Origin: Macrostomum hystrix
Taxonomy: Eukaryota; Animalia; Platyhelminthes
Direction of reading: 5' to 3'
Length of the DNA stretch: 64,000 nucleotides
NCBI GenBank assembly: GCA_950097015.1
Contig: CATNEN010000038.1
Coordinates: 15,748,001-15,812,000 of the forward strand
Shown here piece after piece: positions 50,411-63,065 of the stretch. A program made the translations under genes and the position numbers. Position 1 is the first letter of the stretch, and each line of letters begins with the position of its first letter. Below the pieces are notes generated by a model. It had not been told where the DNA came from. It saw nothing but the letters and a program-made list of their open reading frames with translations, and searched no databases.

Positions 50411-52570
50411 TCAAACATAAGTACCCGGCGACCAGGCCAGGATTCGAGCATCGCAAGACAATTTTGGCGACACCGATTGCGGCAAATCCCTGAGCTGCGG
50501 ATGCAGGCGGACTCCGGAGAGCACCTCGTTGAACAGCAGGTGAGAAGGCACAAAAGCGCTGATGTACAGTCGATGGCGCTGCGGGTCGCTCAGTCGCAGA
50601 CGCTGCACGGCAGCTCGGAGCTGACCGGCGAGGTGTCCGACAGCGTCAGCCTCTGTCCGACAGTAGATATTCAGCACCAGGTGAAGGCCGCCCACTGGGA
50701 CTGAGGTCCAGTTGGCGATGCTCACGCCGGTCACCTCGCCAGCGGGCACTCGGCCCGGCTCCGAGAAACTGGCCATCACCTGGAAGATTCGCACCGAGTT
50801 GTGTGAGTCTTTTTATTTGCCTTAACTGTCCAATGACAGATTCTAAACCTGTCTAATGACCGATTTTAAACCTGTCTAATGACCGATTCTATAGCTCTCT
50901 AATGACCGATTCTATAGCTGTCTAATGACCGATTCTATAGCTGTCTAATGACCGATTCTACAGCTGTCTAATGACAAATTCTACACCTGTCTAATGACCG
51001 ATTCTATAGCTGTCTAATGACCGATTCTATAACTGTCTAATGACCGATTCTAAACCTGTCTAATGACCGATTCTATAGCTGTCTAATGACCGATTCTATA
51101 ACTGTCTAATGACCGATTCTAAACCTGTCTAATGACCGATTTTAAACCTCGCTGTCTAGGAATGTCAGCTAATGACCAATTATTTGTTTCTAATTAGGGA
51201 CTTAAAAAAGCATTTAATACATTCAAATATATTAATGTATTACTATATGATCCGATTGCCACTACTAACACTGTGTCTTGCGCAATCCTAATTTACCTGA
51301 TGCAGGTAACCACTCCAAATGAGCAGATTTCCTTTAGAAAATGTTAGCGCCTCCTTGGCAATGAGCAGGTGCTGGTCCGGCTTAAATATTCGATTCTCTG
51401 TGCTACTGCAGACGGCCTCAGAGCTGAGAAAGTCTACAGGATTAGTAACTAGATCAGGCTCGTGCAGTCTGGGAGAATCGGCTGAGAATCTGTCACCAAG
51501 GTCAGCCAGATAATCAGCCGTGCACTCGAATCCCAACTGCTGATTATGCAGTACAACTTTAGTTAATCCGCTCTGCTTTTCAAAATAGGCCCTAGTGTAA
51601 TTGGGCAGATTGTACACGCCGCAGCAGACCACGGCGGGGTGCAGGCGCGGCTTCAGCAGTTCGAATAGGGCGCGAGAGGTGCGCGCCGAGAGGCCGCGCG
51701 ACCGCATCTCCAGGCGAGTTCGACCGCCGGCGTAGGACAAGTTGCGGCCCCCCTCGTTTATGACCGCGTAGCCGAATGCCAACTGCCAGGTGGGAAATAA
51801 TGTAGCTGTTTATGAACAAAGCTTTAAGTATATTCTATGACCTAAATTTATAAGTACATTCTATGACCTAAATTTTAAAGTACATTCTGTGACCTAAATT
51901 GTTAAGTACATTCTATGACCTAATTTTTTAAAGTACATTCTATGACATTCGTTTTTAAAGTACATTCTATGGCCTCAATTTTAAAGCATATTTTATGACC
52001 TAAATTTTTTAATTACATTATTTGTGCTACATTTGCATTCTATTTCAAAATAAGAATTTTTAAAGTGCATTTCAAGTACACACTATAGCCGAAATTATAA
52101 TGATAATGAATGACTCAAACTAATCAATGCGCTGTGGAAAAAAATTTGGGGAGCAAAATGAAGACTGACAAAGTATCTATTTAGACCAAGAAAAAGTGCA
52201 AAATCCATGTGTTTTAAATACTCACAATTGTCTTGCTGACTTTATCCAGAGCAACAATACCGCACCTATGCTCACTGTTGACTATTTCTTCATAGTAGTC
52301 CTGCAGATAGTCCAAGCCATAATGAATGTTCGGCTCTATGCTGAGCACCTGCTCTTTATCAGCCAGTGCAGCGGCGCGAATCTCCAAGTTATCCTTTGGC
52401 ATCGGAAGTTGAGACCAGCGATCGTTAAGCGCATTGCGTCTTCTATTGGCCTCGATGTCAATCTGAGACTGGCCAAATGAAGCCTCGTTGGCCGCGATGC
52501 AGTACCAGTGCTGCTGACACTGGAGCAGAGAACGCAGAATCCTGCGAGACCAAAGGCTTGTGGCCGCCAT
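50411..52570 (-). CDS. NAT16: NAT16 / histidine N-acetyltransferase-like GNAT, paralog B, 3 exons
   Basis: Exons 52570-52226, 51782-51297, 50779-50411; same intron positions as paralog A. IHYGLDYLQDYY; motif A GGRTRLEMRSRGL. Confidence 0.8.
50826..51150. repeat. 23-bp minisatellite (CTGTCTAATGACCGATTCTATAG)n
   Basis: Directly visible, intronic. Confidence 0.93.
51822..52010. repeat. ~27-bp AT-rich minisatellite (AAGTACATTCTATGACCTAAATTT..)n
   Basis: Directly visible. Confidence 0.85.
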
Positions 52571-52699
52571 CTGCTTTGCACAGAAATTATTCTGAAATAA
52601 AGATTCAGCTGTTGTAATCTTTTTTGCACAATTTCCGATTCGAGATGTGAGAATGTTTTTTGCTCATTTTGCTTATGTGTGGAAGAAATTTAAGAAATA

Positions 52700-54148
52700 G
52701 TGGGGATGACACCTACGGATCTGGGAATGGTGGAAAAGACACCTGAGGATCTGGGAATGGAGGGGAAGTCAACTGAGGATCTAGGAATGTTTGAGAAGTC
52801 ACTTAAGGATCTGTGAATGGTGGAAAGACACCTGGGGATCAGAGAATGGTGGGGAAGTTAAATGGAGGATCTAGGAACGTTGAGGAGTCACCTGAGAATC
52901 TGGGAATGTTTGGGGAAGTCACCTGAGGATCTGGAAACGCAGGGGAAGTCACCTGAGGATCTGAGAATGTTTGGGAAGACACCTGAGGATCTGAGAATGT
53001 TTGGGAAGACACCTGAGGATCTGAGAATGTTTGGGAAGACACCTGAGGATCTGAGAATGTTTGGGAAGACACCTGAGGATCTGAGAATGTTTGGGAAGAC
53101 ACCTGAGGATCTGGGAATGGTGGGGGAAGACACGCGAGGATCAGAGAATGTTAGGGATGATACCTGAAGATCTGGTAATGGTGGGAGAGACACCTAGGGA
53201 TCTGGGAATGGCAGGGAAGACACCTGGGGATCTGGGAATGGTTGGGGAGACACCTGGGGATCTGGGAATGGTTGGGAGACACCTGGGGATCTGGGAATGG
53301 TTGGGAGACACCTGGGGATCTGGGAATGGTTGGGAGACACCTGGGGATCTGGGAATGGTTGGGAGACACCTGGGGATCTGGGAATGGTTGGGAGACACCT
53401 GGGGATCTGGGAATGGCAGGGAAGACACCTGGGGATCTGGGAATGGTTGGGGAGACACCTGGGGATCTGGGAATGGTTGGGAGACACCTGGGGATCTGGG
53501 AATGGTTGGGAGACACCTGGGGATCTGGGAATGGTTGGGAGACACCTGGGGATCTGGGAATGGTTGGGGAGACACCTGGGGATCTGGGAATGGTTGGGAG
53601 ACACCTGGGGATCTGGGAATGGTTGGGAGACACCTGGGGATCTGGGAATGGTTGGGAGACACCTGGGGATCTGGGAATGGTTGGGAGACACCTGGGGATC
53701 TGGGAATGGTTGGGAGACACCTGGGGATCTGGGAATGGTTGGGAGACACCTGGGGATCTGGGAATGTTTGGGAGACACCTGGGGATCTGGGAATGGTTGG
53801 GAGACACCTGGGGATCTGGGAATGGTTGGGGAGACACCTGGGGATCTGGGAATGGTTGGGAGACACCTGGGGATCTGGGAATGGTTGGGGAGACACCTGG
53901 GGATCTGGGAATGGTTGGGAGACACCTGGGGATCTGGGAATGGTTGGGAGACACCTGGGGATCTGGGAATGGTTGGGGAGACACCTGGGGTTCTGTGAAT
54001 GGTTGGGGAGACACCTGGGATCTGGGAATGGTTGGGAGACACCTGGGGATCTGGGAATGGTTGGGGAGACACCTGGGGATCTGGGAATGGTTGGGGAGAC
54101 ACCTGGGATCTGGGAATGGTTGGGGAGACACCTGGGGATCTGGGGAGT
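52700..54148. repeat. 29/30-bp minisatellite (GACACCTGGGGATCTGGGAATGGTTGGGA)n
   Basis: Directly visible; G-run rich. Confidence 0.97.
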
Positions 54149-54944
54149 GGGTTAAAAATAGTCGGAATTAAGTATCTGAGGCTCTTTCAGATTAGACGAA
54201 AAGAAAAAGCACATGGACTCTATAAAACATATTCTTTCAAACTAGTATTATTATTTTCGTTGTTGATAGGCTTTTTAATATTAAAGTCGCCATCTCACAG
54301 AAACGAAGGTTTAAATCTTCTGAAAACACCTCATACTACTGCTAGTAATAATATACAAATTGCCTTGTGACACAAAATGAAAAACTTGAACAAATACTTC
54401 AACGATACAACTAATAACTGACAAGTGAAATTTGAATCGCATGCTGTTTGATACTTGAAAAAAATGTTGCTTTAAAAAAATCTGGCAACTGTCTTTAATT
54501 CTAAGAACTCACAGCAGACATGCACAAAATGAGCGTGAAAATGTACTGAAATCGCAACAGGCAGAGTGAAGGAAAACAAGGCATGCACGGTAAATTTTAT
54601 TTCAGATATTCGATGCTGAATTTATACTATAATAAACTCACGACACAAAATACGTTTGTATTTTTAATATGAACAACCTGAATAATATAACGAATAAACA
54701 GATAGGAGAGTTTAACAGGCAAATCTGTAAAAAAAAAGAACCACAAAACGATAGTAAATTGTCATCTGCAGCTCGTTAAAACTTTAGAAGGATTAAATAT
54801 ATTCGAGAAGACTTTCTTTTTTACACGTAGAACTACAAGAATAATTATCAGCTGTCATCTGCCGCGAAGTTCATGGTTTATTAAACGAACCATAAATTCG
54901 CTATTAGTAAAAAGAGTTTAAGAGGCGAATGAAACTGCTGTGGA

Positions 54945-55528
54945 TCTGAAGTGCGTCAGCCCTTACCCCTCACCCCCTCTCCAGTCTAAAAGTGCGTCAG
55001 CCCTTACCCCTCACCCCCTCTCCAGTCTAGAAGTGCGTCAGCCCTTACCCCTCACTCCCTCTCCAGTCTAGAAGTGCGTCATTCCTTACCCCTCACTCCC
55101 TCTCCAGTCCTACAGTGCGCCACCCCTTACCCCTAACCCCCTCTCCAGTCTAGTCTCCAGTCTTACAGTGCGCCACCCCTTACCCCTAACCCCCTCTCCA
55201 GTCTAGCAGTGCGTCATTCCTTACCCCTCACCCCTTCTCCAGTCTAAAAGTGCGTCAGCCCTTACCCCTCATCCCCTCTCCAGTCTAGAAGTGCGTCATT
55301 CCTTACCCCTCACTCCCTCTCCAGTCTTACAGTGCGCCACACCTTACCCCTAACCCTCTCTTCAGTCGAGTGTCCAGTCTTACAGTGCGCAACCCCTTAC
55401 CCCTTACCCCCTCTCCAGTCTTACAGTGCGCCACCCCTTACCCCTAACCCCCTCTCCAGTCTAGTCTCCAGTCTAGCAGTGTGTAATCCTTTACCCCTCA
55501 CCCCCTCTCCAATCTTACTGTGCGTCAG
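54945..55528. repeat. ~41-bp C-rich minisatellite
   Basis: (GTGCGTCAGCCCTTACCCCTCACCCCCTCTCCAGTCTAGAA)n variants. Confidence 0.93.
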
Positions 55529-56179
55529 GTTTTAAGCCTCAACATCATTTGTATTCTCTCACTCCTCAGAACCTTTCACCGCAGCAAAAAACGTAGAATG
55601 AAACAGTGAGCGAAGCTGTCATAAGCAAGTATTGCGTTAGTGGTCATAAGAAGGGCACTATTTTTTTAAACGTCCCGAATCGGTCCATCAACCAATAATG
55701 AAAGCGCAACCATTTCACTCAGCTGTTACCAATATCTATAGTTGGTGCACGCGTTGAGCAGATTTTGCGCGTCAAATTGGGTAAAGCAACGAAAGTAAGT
55801 AAAGTGCACCTTAAAGTATGGATCAAGCAAAATTTATAACTTGTTGCGACAAAGATATTAAAAAAAAACATAAGCACGGAAAACATTTTGGTTATTAAAG
55901 AGATCACCTGTTCAAAAACTTACAAAAAACAAGTAATCTTGTAACTAAAAAAGAGAAAGCTGACAACACAATTATTCAGAGATTAAATGAACTACTAGCG
56001 CGAAAAATATTACAAAGCTATAGAACATCTGATAGATAGGTATTGTTTGAGTAACAATAAGTTAATCAACGCGTGTTAAAAAACTAGTAGGTAAAAATCT
56101 ATAGTTCAGGATATTATAACGTAAAATTGCAGTAATTAACAAGACAACACCGCAAATGAAGTTAACTTACGAAGAGTTC

Positions 56180-56812
56180 GGTTTTTCTAATCGGCTGTAC
56201 ATCAAGAAGAACGTGGAGGGTTTTCCCGCGCTCGTTAATTAGGGGTGGGTGGTGTTTTTCCATGCGCCTGTACATTCAGAACAGTGAGGGGGTTTCCACG
56301 CGCTCGCTAATTTGGGGTGGGTGGTGTTTTTCTAATCGCCTGTACATCAAGGAGAATGAGCGGGATTCCCATGCATTCCTTTATTTGGGGTGGGTGGGGT
56401 TTTTCTAATCGCCTGTACATCAAGGAGAATGAGCGGGATTCCCATGCATTCCTTTATTTGGGGTGGGTGGTGTTTTTCTAATCGCCTGTACATCAAGAAC
56501 AGTGAGGGGGATTTCCATGCGTTCCTTTATTTGGGGTGGGTTGGGTTTTTCTAATCGCCTGTACATCAAGGAGAATGAGCGGGATTTCCATGCGTTCCTT
56601 TATTTGGGGTGGGTAGGGTTTTTCTAATCGCCTGTACATCAAGGAGAATGAGCGGGATTCCCATGCATTCCTTTATTTGGGGTGGGTTGGGTTTTTCCAT
56701 GCGCGTGTACATTAAGAAGAATGAGCGGTATTTCCGTGCATTTCTATATTTGGGGTGGGTGTGGTTTTTCCAATCGCCTGTACATCAAGGAGAATGAGCG
56801 GGATTTTCGTGC
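56180..56812. repeat. ~72-bp tandem repeat
   Basis: (TTTTCTAATCGCCTGTACATCAAGGAGAATGAGCGGGATTCCCATGCATTCCTTTATTTGGGGTGGG..)n, about 8-9 units. Confidence 0.92.
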
Positions 56813-57372
56813 ATCGTGAGGAATAAGTGTTTGGTTTTTTCCAACTGTGACAAAAAATCTCGACGTGAACTACTTTACTTCAGTAAGCTCTAGCTCTACT
56901 GATACTCTATATTAATTGTAATTAAAGGCAATTTCTTTACAAAAACAAGTTAATAATGCTTACAAAAAAAATTCGTGAATAGAAAAAAGCCTTGCACAGA
57001 TTTTTTACGGCAAATAGTAGAAGGAGATTCAAAATGGTGCTTAAAACACTGATGAGAAAAAATGAGGACAACAAAAAAAGCTAAATGGATCACATGCGTA
57101 GTCTTAAGAATGTCTTTAAAAAGACTTGCTGCAGCTGATAAACTTTATTATGGGTATTAAGCGATTTAGAAATAATCAGTGCATGATTGCCGATGTGCGC
57201 TAAATGATAAAGAGTGATTTCAAAGAACAAAAGCACGTGAACGCAAAAAATGTAAAATTTAGCAACAAAAAAGATGTCTAACGCTTAGTGGCGCACACAA
57301 ACACAACGCTAGTGTCTTCGATGCCGTAAAATCATAAATCAAGTCTAAATAGAGGGCTTAAGTCTGACTAGA

Positions 57373-60300
57373 TCACAATAGTGTTGACCTTTGATCGGTA
57401 CTTGAACCAACAATGCCTGCTGCTGCTGCTGCTGAATGCCGAACCGCACCAACCGGATGCTGGTGGTGGAGGTGGTGACCCGGCGGAAGCAGCTGAATGC
57501 CGCTTCCGTTATTACCGTTCCCGCTGACACTGACGCCATTGCCGTTGCCATGGTGATAGTATTTCTTTCCAGCGGCAGCCGTATATCGGCTGGACTGCTG
57601 TTGATAAAAGCCATTGTTGTTGTTGTTGTTGTTATTGCTATTTTGGGCGTCGCAAAGCTTCGAAGCGGAGGAAACAACCCACACAACAACTTTGTCTTCC
57701 CAAACTGGCACTAGCTGATTATCGTCAACGACTTCAATGCGATTTGGCTGCTGCTGCTGCTGCTGCTGAGGTGCCTTAAAAAGGTAGCGCCATGTGACCA
57801 CTTGTCCAGTTTGCTGCTGCTGCTGCTGTTGCTGCGAAGAATTCGGCGGCAATTGAACGCAGCGCTTAACATCGGCCAGAGTTACCTGCGCGTGAGTTCG
57901 AAAGCTTTTCATAATATGCAGCAGTGAGATTGTAGCAGAGTGCTTTGGGTTTATAAGGCGTCTGGGAAGTGGCAAATGCGACTACAGACTACCTACAGAC
58001 TACCTAAACTGATGCTGCTGTTGCTCAACTGATGCTACTGATTCAAGGGGGTGAGTTTCAATGCGGTCTCGCGCCAAGCTCCCTGAGCTCGATTCCGCGG
58101 CTAGGCCACATTCATTTGTGGCGCAGCCGCGAAGAGAAGGCTTGGGTAATTGTCGTGCAATTTTCCCCCATTGAGTGCCAACCTCCAAGGTAAAGTAAGT
58201 GTGTACACTGCTTGACTGAGAAAGTCAGGGCAGATGTACACACCTGTGTGAGCGTGTGCCTGCGTACAGTATCTGTGTGCGTGTGTGCTCAGGAGTTAGC
58301 GAAACGGGCAGAATTGCCTCATCGCTGGCTGCGGGTCTAGTGTCAGCAAATGTGTGCCATTGCCCGCAGCCCTACTGCAATTATTAAAATCATTATCATA
58401 GATACAGACTCGAACTTCCGACCTCTCAGTTTATAAGAACTGCAAGTAAGCTACAAAATTCCTTTTGATTCTGTGCTTTAATAAATTCTATAATAACACA
58501 AAGTGATAAGAAAATGTATTGCAAAACACTCTCACCTGACCAATAGGTTTGGGAATATTAAGCAGGTAGGGAGCAGCACTCCTCTCAGTATAATACAAGC
58601 ATTTGGTGCTAACAGGGCCGCCACCGCTGGCAGACGAGTCCTGAACATCCAGCCGGTGAATTGGAAATCCTGCAACAGCCGACAATGGCAATCGTTTCAA
58701 TTGCATTATCTTGCGCTGCTGCTGCTGCTGCTGCTGTTGCTGACTAGCCTGGCCGCCAGCAGAAGCGGTATTAGAGGACGAGGAAGACAGTCGCATGGCG
58801 TGTTCAAGAGTGTCTAAAACAATCTGAGAGCCGCTGTCATTTGGCGGCAGTGCCAATCGCAGTCGGCTAATGCACTGAGCTGCCACCTGGGTGTCAACAT
58901 GCTGCTGATCCGTTAGCACCGATGCCGACTGAGTGTTTGAGTCTGAGCTGCTGGAGTTGTTGCGCAATCTGTCTAGCTCGCTGCTCAGTGTTGCTACGCA
59001 TTGCTGATGCTCTGCTACGAGACGGCGCAGGCGTTCATTGTCATTGCGAGCAGCTGCGGCTTCGCGTTCGGCCATTTCTCGTCGCTGCTCGCTGTAGCGC
59101 AGGGTGTACTGAAGCTCCTCCACCTTGGAATTGAAGTCATTAGGACAGGATGACAGGGCGGCTCACAATGCTCCAAACGCGGCCCATAGGCCATTTTCAA
59201 CACCGATTCTTAGCCCCTGTCTTGTCTTTTATCTCCGACATGTCATATCTCCTACCTGTTTGACCTTCCACCTGTTTAATATCTCACCTGTCTTATTTCT
59301 CAAATCTTATCTCTAATTTGTCTTATCTACCACCTGTCTTATCTACCACCTGTCTTATCTACCACCTGTCTTATCTACCACCTGTCTTATCTACCACTTG
59401 TCTAATTTACCACCACCTCTCTTACCAACCATCTGTCTTATCTATCACCGGACTTATTTCTTATCTCTTACCTATCTAATCTCTCTACTGGCTTATCTAC
59501 CACCTGTCATCTTTCTGCGATCTCAGCGGTAAGCTAATGTAGTAGACCAACATAAAATTATTTTTGCATGAAAGTAATTAAAGTGGAATCAGGGAAAATG
59601 TTACATTTTAATTAATTATTACCTTCAAGGTCAACTCATCAACAGTCTGCTGTTGCTGCTCCAGCTGTTGCTGCTGTTGCTGCAAATCCCTGCTTCCTCC
59701 GGCGCAGAAGCAGCCGTGACCGCCGCCTGAATTAACCGAATCCGAACAATTCGACTCAGCCGACATCGGCGAGGCGGCGCCAGACGACAAGGCGTCCTGC
59801 AGTCGCAGTATTAGCGAGCGCATCTCCCGCAGTTCGCTAGTGGCGTCGTCCAATTGCAGCTGAGAGTCGCCTGAAGAAGACGCCGCGGCAGATCCGGCTC
59901 CGCCGCCACCGCTGCAAAGCAGCTGAGCTGTTGGCGAGCTGGCGTGCGACCCCAGTATGGTCGGCGTGGCGCCGTGTCGCGGACTGTTACAGCCGCTAGA
60001 GAGCCACCCGCTAGCTGAAGCCGAGGTTGCCTGAACAGTTGGAGCTGCTGCTGTTGAAGATGACTCGATTGAATCGCCTGGAAGTGATGGGTGAGCGAAT
60101 TTTTATATTGAAAGTCGTAACATATGACATGACATGACCTTCATGTACTCACTTCAGCTACTGGAGAGGCTGAGCAGTCATGACCTTAATCATAAAAAGT
60201 ACTTTAGAGTCTGGGATTCGAACTTCCGACCTTTTGGTCAGAAGTCCGAAGCCTTTGCGATTGGGATATTTGCACCCTACCCACAGCAACTACTATAGAA

Positions 60301-60760
60301 TAAAACCATAGTGTGTAAGAGTACACCAACCATTGGCCAGCTTTTTCCTGGCCCTGCTCAAGGTGGCGCCCTCAGCTGCCTGTTGCTGCTGAGCAGCCTG
60401 TCTCTGGTGCCGCACCGAGGCAGGTTTATAGTGAGCAGCCAGAGCCAGGATCAGCCGCATGACGGCTTTCACATCGCCGGACATAACGCCGCGCGGTTCA
60501 ATTCGATGCATACGAATTCGGCGAGAGCGCATAAAGTCCAGCACAACTAGAATGTTCTGTTCGCGATCATAGTCATCAATTGGATACCAGATGATGTCTT
60601 CGAGTTTAACACCGGCTACTGATTCGATTAGTACGGCCAAGCTAGTGCCATTTAATATGCTGGGATCGGTGAGATCCTTCACTAGTGGATGACCTGGGCG
60701 CTTTTTTAGCTGGCTATTAACCCAGGCTGTGTAGGACGGCACCTGCTGGCTCCAGTCCAT
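57373..60760 (-). CDS. DIXDC1: Dixin (CH domain, coiled coil, DIX domain), 4 exons
   Basis: Exons 60760-60331, 60077-59623, 59123-58536, 57885-57373; phase-consistent. CH domain YTAWVNSQLKKRPG..VKDL..GDVKAVMRLILALAAHYKP. Coiled coil. DIX domain [49 protein letters not shown]. Confidence 0.92.
58066..58397 (+). mobile_element. SINE family A copy in a DIXDC1 intron
   Basis: Aligns with the copy at 42510-42866. Confidence 0.85.
59320..59510. repeat. 16-bp minisatellite (TGTCTTATCTACCACC)n
   Basis: Directly visible. Confidence 0.85.
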
Positions 60761-60874
60761 TTTTAAGAGGCCTTGTTTAGCTTGGTAGCTTTGACTGCTC
60801 TGTGCGCTGTTGTCTTAGCTCACCAGCAAGATGAGCTGAAAGTAAATGTTACAGAACTTAGTGCAATAATATCA

Positions 60875-61096
60875 GATAAGGACAATTAGCACATTAGAGA
60901 GATGAGACTGGCTGGGGTAAAGATAAGGTCAATTAGCACATTAGAGAGATGAGACTGGCTGGGGTAAAGATAAGGTCAATTAGCACATTAGAGAGATGAG
61001 ACTGGCTGGGTAAAGATAAGGTCAATTAGCACATTAGAGAGATGAGACTGGCTGGGGTAAAGATAAGGTCAATTAGCACATTAGAGAGATGAGACT
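60875..61096. repeat. 47-bp tandem repeat, about 5 units
   Basis: (GATAAGGTCAATTAGCACATTAGAGAGATGAGACTGGCTGGGGTAAA)n. Confidence 0.93.
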
Positions 61097-61969
61097 AACG
61101 AGGCTAATGAGGTAAATGAATTAATTCAAAAGCGAAAAGTAAAAAATCAGCATTGCTGTCTGCTTGATATTCTTTATGGCAGCCTTTTTAAACACAAAGA
61201 AAACCAAGCAATAATTTAGAAGAGCATCTGACACCATGTGCAATAAGTATTTAATGAAAAAAAGACAATGAAGAGTGGAGTATACAAAACTCTGCATATT
61301 TACTACTGCTAGTAGGGTAGTCAAAAAGTAGCTTAAGACAGCGAAAAAAATGACGCATCGAAGTGGAAGAATTGTACTTTAGTGGCATAGAAAGGACCTA
61401 ACATACTTAGCTAAAGTTGATCTTCAATTTAGAAATAGGTTATTTCGAAACTGAGAACTATGCACAAACCTGCAATGCACACCAAATACTTAGCTACTTT
61501 AAGTAGTTTTGACGATAAACAACTAGCGACCGGGATTAATTTAGAGGCATGCATAAACTATAAAAATCAATAGGATTCATAAATTTAAAGAAAATGACAC
61601 GATTTATCAAATAATTAACAAACATTTAGAAAAAAATTGTAAAAAAATTCACGAAAAAACTTGAACCTAACATGCCAAAGTTTAGAGGCTTAAGAGGCTA
61701 GTTAAGAAAGTTAAGACAGGCTTGCAGCAAGAACTGACCCTACACGTCACAATCATTAAGTGCATATGAAATGTTTAAATAAATACATGCAAACCAGACA
61801 GATTTACAAAAAACTAGATGCATATTTATCTGCTATAACACTGAGTTATTGGAAACAAAAGAGCATTATAGAAGGAACGGTAATAAAACTAACTTGGTGA
61901 ATTTGACTTTTTATTTAAACCAAAACTCAATGATTTAGGATATCAGTAAATTAATTATTTAGGGGATTA

Positions 61970-62296
61970 GAAGAGGTTGTAGCCTAGTAAGAGGTTGTAG
62001 CCTAGTGGTTAGGGCGTCGGACTCACGACTTGAAGGTCGGGGGTTCGATTCCCGACTCCACTGGAACAATTTGCGTCCTTTAGCAAGACACTTAACTCTG
62101 CATTGCTTCAGTTCACCCAGCTGTTAAATGGGTACCTGCATCAGCTGGGATAATTGAAGGTGGGTGTGGCGTCCCCCCAGTCCGTGGACTTAACAGCCTT
62201 ACGCAGCCTTCAGATGCGCCGCGCAATAGCTGCGGCTGTGCTGTCAGCTGCACATCTGACCCCATTGGGGCAGGTGTAATCAATTATTAATTTCAA
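61970..62296 (+). mobile_element. CORE-type SINE (family B), full length, with an 11-bp TSD
   Basis: A box TAGCCTAGTGG, B box GGTTCGATTCCC, CORE-like central domain. Direct repeat TTAGGGGATTA at 61959-61969 and 62297-62307. Confidence 0.88.
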
Positions 62297-62311
62297 TTAG
62301 GGGATTATAAC

Positions 62312-62880
62312 TCAGTGAGTTAGGATTTCAGTGAATTAGGATTTCAGTGAATTAGGATTTCAGTGAATTAGGATTTCAGTTAATCTGGATTTCAGTGAAT
62401 CAGGATTTTAGTGTATCGGGATTTCAGTGAATCGGGATTTCAGTGAATCGGGACTTTAGTGAATCAGGATTTTAGTGTTTTGGGATTTTAGTGTATCGGG
62501 ATTTTAGTGAATCGGGATTATAGTAAATCGGGATTTCAGTGAATCTGGATTTCAGTGAATCAGGATTTTAGTGAATCAGGATTTTAGTGAATCAGGATTT
62601 TAGTGAATCAGGATTTTAGTGTTTTGGGATTTTAGTGTATCGGGATTTCAGAGAATCGGGATTTTAGTGAATCGGGATTATAGTAAATCGGGACTTCAGT
62701 GAATCAGGATTTCAGTTAATCTGGATTTCAGTGATTCTGGATTTCAGTGAATCTGGATTTCAGTGAATCAGGATTTTAGTGTATCGGGATTTCCGTGAGT
62801 CGGGATTTCAGTGAATCGAGTTTTTAGTCAATAGGGATTTTATTTAATCGGGATATAAATAAAACGGGATTTCAATAAAT
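62312..62880. repeat. 16-bp minisatellite (GGATTTCAGTGAATC[A/G])n
   Basis: Directly visible. Confidence 0.93.
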
Positions 62881-63065
62881 CGAAATTTAACTTTGCCACC
62901 AAGTTTGTTAATAAAGACGTATCCTACGCATATGTTTCCATAGCAACCAAGAAGACGAATGTACACAATGAACAAATCAAATTTAGATTAAAATAATTCT
63001 GTACTGGGACAATGCACAAAATCCCGACTGAATGCTGGAAGGCAAATAAGAGAGCAGCTCAGCAT

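Noticed and set aside
3341-54370. Repetitive ORFs (SHLSRVSSLPCLI, GDYLRVTLN, GDLGMVGRHLG, SITHSFHYSQ and similar)
   Set aside because: They are translations of minisatellites open in several frames and strands.
61990-62062. Functional tRNA gene
   Set aside because: The tRNA-like head continues into a SINE body with a TSD, the acceptor stem is imperfect, and there is no oligo-T terminator.
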